Assembly: GCA_963788375.1 (NCBI GenBank)
Contig: CAWBGT010000027.1
Location: 679,020-743,019 of the forward strand
Length of the DNA: 64,000 bases
Direction of reading: 5' to 3'
Source of the DNA: an uncultured Chloroflexia bacterium
Lineage (GTDB): Bacteria; Chloroflexota; Limnocylindria; Limnocylindrales; CSP1-4
Program-made: the position numbers and the translations under genes
Notes under the pieces: generated by a model
Databases searched by the model: none
Told to the model about the DNA's origin: nothing
What the model saw: the letters and a program-made list of their open reading frames with translations, nothing else
Shown here: one piece after another, positions 62,147 to 64,000 of the stretch
Numbering within the stretch: the first letter of the stretch is position 1
Layout of the letters: each line of letters opens with the position of its first letter

Positions 62147-62539
62147 ATGACCGCGACGGGGATCGCGACGGCGGTCTACGTCCTGGCGACGGCCGTCGTC
62201 GTCGCGTTCCAGGTGGCGCTGGCGCTTGGCGCGCCGTGGGGCGAGCTCGCAATGGGTGGCCGTTTCCCGGGCCGGTTCCCGCCGCGGATGCGTGTCGCAG
62301 CCGTCCTCCAGGCGACGGTCCTGGTGCTGCTGGCGCTCGTCGTCCTCGACGCGGCCGGCGTCATCTCGCTCGGCTGGACGGCCTCCCTCCCGTTGGCGGT
62401 GTGGTTCCCCGTCGTGTTCTCGGGGATCAGCGTCGCTGTCAACGCGATCTCGCCCAGTCCCCGGGAGCGCCGTCTGTGGGTGCCCGTCGGACTGGTGCTG
62501 CTCGTGAGCAGCATCATCGTCGCGCTGTCTGCCGGCTGA
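62147..62539 (+). CDS. Four-TM membrane protein (hypothetical).
   Basis: Hydrophobic ORF immediately after ptsI. Confidence 0.4.
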   Translation: MTATGIATAVYVLATAVVVAFQVALALGAPWGELAMGGRFPGRFPPRMRVAAVLQATVLVLLALVVLDAAGVISLGWTASLPLAVWFPVVFSGISVAVNAISPSPRERRLWVPVGLVLLVSSIIVALSAG

Positions 62540-62576
62540 GTTCCGCGCTGCGGCCTGCGCTCCGCGCTTCGGCGCG

Positions 62577-62647
62577 TTGACACCCCCGCGGGGCGATTGC
62601 TAGACTGCCAGCAATCTTCGTTAGCACTCTCATGGTGCGAGTGCTAA
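62577..62647 (+). promoter_or_regulatory. hrcA promoter (-35 TTGACA, 18-nt spacer, -10 TAGACT) with an inverted repeat GATTGCT-N8-AGCAATC overlapping the -10, followed by a perfect CIRCE element TTAGCACTC-N9-GAGTGCTAA (62621-62647).
   Basis: Seen directly in the sequence. The CIRCE consensus is matched 9/9 on both arms. Confidence 0.85.
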
Positions 62648-62665
62648 CCAATGCAGGAGAGCCCC

Positions 62666-63730
62666 ATGGCGCGTCGCGTGCGTCGCTCCAGCGGCCCCCT
62701 TGACCTTCGCTCCCAGGCGATCCTCCGGGCCGTCATCGAGGAATACGTCACCAGCGCAACGCCCGTGGGCAGCCATGCCCTGGTGGAGCGCTACCGGCTG
62801 GGCGTGTCCAGCGCCACTGTTCGCGCCGTGCTGGCGGAGCTCGAGGCGGCCGGGCTGCTGATGCATCCGCACACGTCGGCGGGCCGCGTCCCCACCGAGC
62901 AGGGCTACCGCTACTTCGTCGAGTCGATCGTGGAATCCGTGCCGCTGCCACCCGTGGAGCAGCTGATGATCCGCCACCAGTTCGGACAGGTGGAGTACGC
63001 GAGCGAGCACTGGTTCCGGCTGGCCGCCACCACGCTGGCGTCCGTCACGCGGGCCGCCGGGCTGGCGACCCCGGCCAAGCCGAGCGCTGCCCACCTGCGC
63101 CGCCTGGATCTGGTGAGCATCAGTGACCGCCTCGCGAGCCTGATCCTGGTCCTGCGCGAGGGCGCCCTCAAGCAGGTGCTGATCACGTTGGATCGCCCGA
63201 CGGAGCAGGACGAGCTGTCCGCCGTCGCGAACCTTCTCAACGTCCTGCTCGATGGCCTGACCGCCACCGAGGCGGCCGGCGTCCTGGCCGCGCTGGACAC
63301 CGCGGATCCCACCGCCGATCTTCCCCGCCGGGTGGGCGAGCGCGTCGTCCGGGCCCTGGAGGAGTTCGACGGGGCCGCCATCGAGGAGCTGTTCAGCGAC
63401 GGCCTGCTCAACGTCATGGCCGCTCCCGAGTTCGCCCAGAGCGAGAAGCTCCGGCGCGTGTTCGCGGCCCTCGAGAACCGCGCCTACCTGGCCCAGCTGA
63501 TCGACGGCGTCGCCGGCTCCGGCCGGGTGTGCGTCTTCATCGGAAGCGAGAACCCGGCCGAGGAGATGGCCGACGTGTCCCTCGTGCTCGCCCCGTACGG
63601 GCGGCCCGGCCGCGCGGTCGGCGTCGTCGGCGTGCTGGGGCCCACCCGGATGGCCTACCCGCAGGCCATCGGCACCGTGCGCTTCGTGTCCGGGCTCCTC
63701 AACGAGCTGACGGATCACCTCTATGCCTGA
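62666..63730 (+). CDS. hrcA: Heat-inducible transcription repressor HrcA.
   Basis: 'ILRAVIEEYVTSATPVGSHALVERY...VSSATVRAVLAELEAAGLL'. AGGAGA RBS. CIRCE upstream. Confidence 0.9.
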   Translation: MARRVRRSSGPLDLRSQAILRAVIEEYVTSATPVGSHALVERYRLGVSSATVRAVLAELEAAGLLMHPHTSAGRVPTEQGYRYFVESIVESVPLPPVEQLMIRHQFGQVEYASEHWFRLAATTLASVTRAAGLATPAKPSAAHLRRLDLVSISDRLASLILVLREGALKQVLITLDRPTEQDELSAVANLLNVLLDGLTATEAAGVLAALDTADPTADLPRRVGERVVRALEEFDGAAIEELFSDGLLNVMAAPEFAQSEKLRRVFAALENRAYLAQLIDGVAGSGRVCVFIGSENPAEEMADVSLVLAPYGRPGRAVGVVGVLGPTRMAYPQAIGTVRFVSGLLNELTDHLYA

Positions 63731-63757
63731 CCACGCCACCCCTGCGACCCGGAGATC

Positions 63758-64000
63758 CATGAACCGCAAGACCCGCGCCCAGGAGCGCATCGATGAGCTC
63801 GACGTCTCCCCGGCAGCCCTCACCGAGCAGCTCGACACCCTGCGAGCCGAGCGCGATGCCGCGACCGCCCAGTCGGAGGAGTACCTCGTCGCGCTCCAGC
63901 GCGAGCGCGCGGAGTTCACCAACTTCAAGCGCCGCACCGCCGAGGAGCGCCAGCGCGACCTCGGGCTCGCCGGGGTGGACCTGATCGCCAAGGTCCTCAA
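63758..64000 (+). CDS. grpE: GrpE nucleotide exchange factor (5' partial; runs off the window).
   Basis: Hand translation 'MNRKTRAQERIDELDVSPAALTEQLDTLRAERDAATAQSEEYLVALQRERAEFTNFKRRTAEERQRD'. GGAGA RBS. Confidence 0.75.

Overview
This 64 kb window is very GC-rich (about 70%+ GC) and gene-dense. It carries housekeeping genes in a Bacillus-like order: comEA-comEC-HD hydrolase-holA on the minus strand, then leuS, rpsT, lepA, hemW, ptsI and hrcA-grpE (with a CIRCE operator). It also carries a glycolytic block (gap-pgk-eno, plus pgi and can nearby) and three tRNAs (Ala-GGC; Tyr-GTA next to Ala-CGC). The conserved genes are interrupted by several accessory-looking regions.

- **rSAM/glycosylation cluster (12.4-18.9 kb, minus strand).** A class-I methyltransferase, a radical SAM enzyme with an N-terminal extension, DoxX, an NAD-dependent epimerase, a DUF2079 membrane protein, and a GT2 glycosyltransferase fused to a DUF2064 domain sit head to tail.
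- **Split SOS mutasome cassette.** imuA' and imuB are separated from dnaE2 by about 2.4 kb. Each half has its own near-identical LexA box (GATAGAAC-N4-GTTCTAT). The insert carries a lipoprotein, two tandem single-helix micro-peptides and a HAD hydrolase.
- **Hairpin repeat array.** About 11 copies of a 38-50 bp hairpin-containing repeat lie directly after dnaE2. It is not a CRISPR array.
- **Ribosomal protein S20 with a tail.** rpsT encodes S20 with a C-terminal extension of about 150 residues rich in Ala, Lys and Thr.
- **Island remnant (19.6-21.7 kb).** Two membrane proteins, an XRE regulator, AT-rich palindromic operators and a truncated, frameshifted signal peptidase I fragment flanked by a 13 bp direct repeat.
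- **Other genes.** A 1210-residue surface protein with a lamin-tail domain, Pro/Thr linkers and several OB-like domains; an adenylate cyclase fused to AAA ATPase and TPR domains; an ECF sigma/anti-sigma pair; and several lipoproteins.

At least six genes (comEC 3' end, the CGNR regulator, DUF2079, the ECF sigma, the small ORF after imuB, and the lepB remnant) show apparent frame breaks. This points to indel errors in the assembly or to real pseudogenisation, and should be checked against reads. No transposase, integrase or CRISPR-Cas gene was recognised. Phylogenetic placement cannot be made from the window alone; a deep-branching Actinobacteria or Chloroflexi lineage is suggested.
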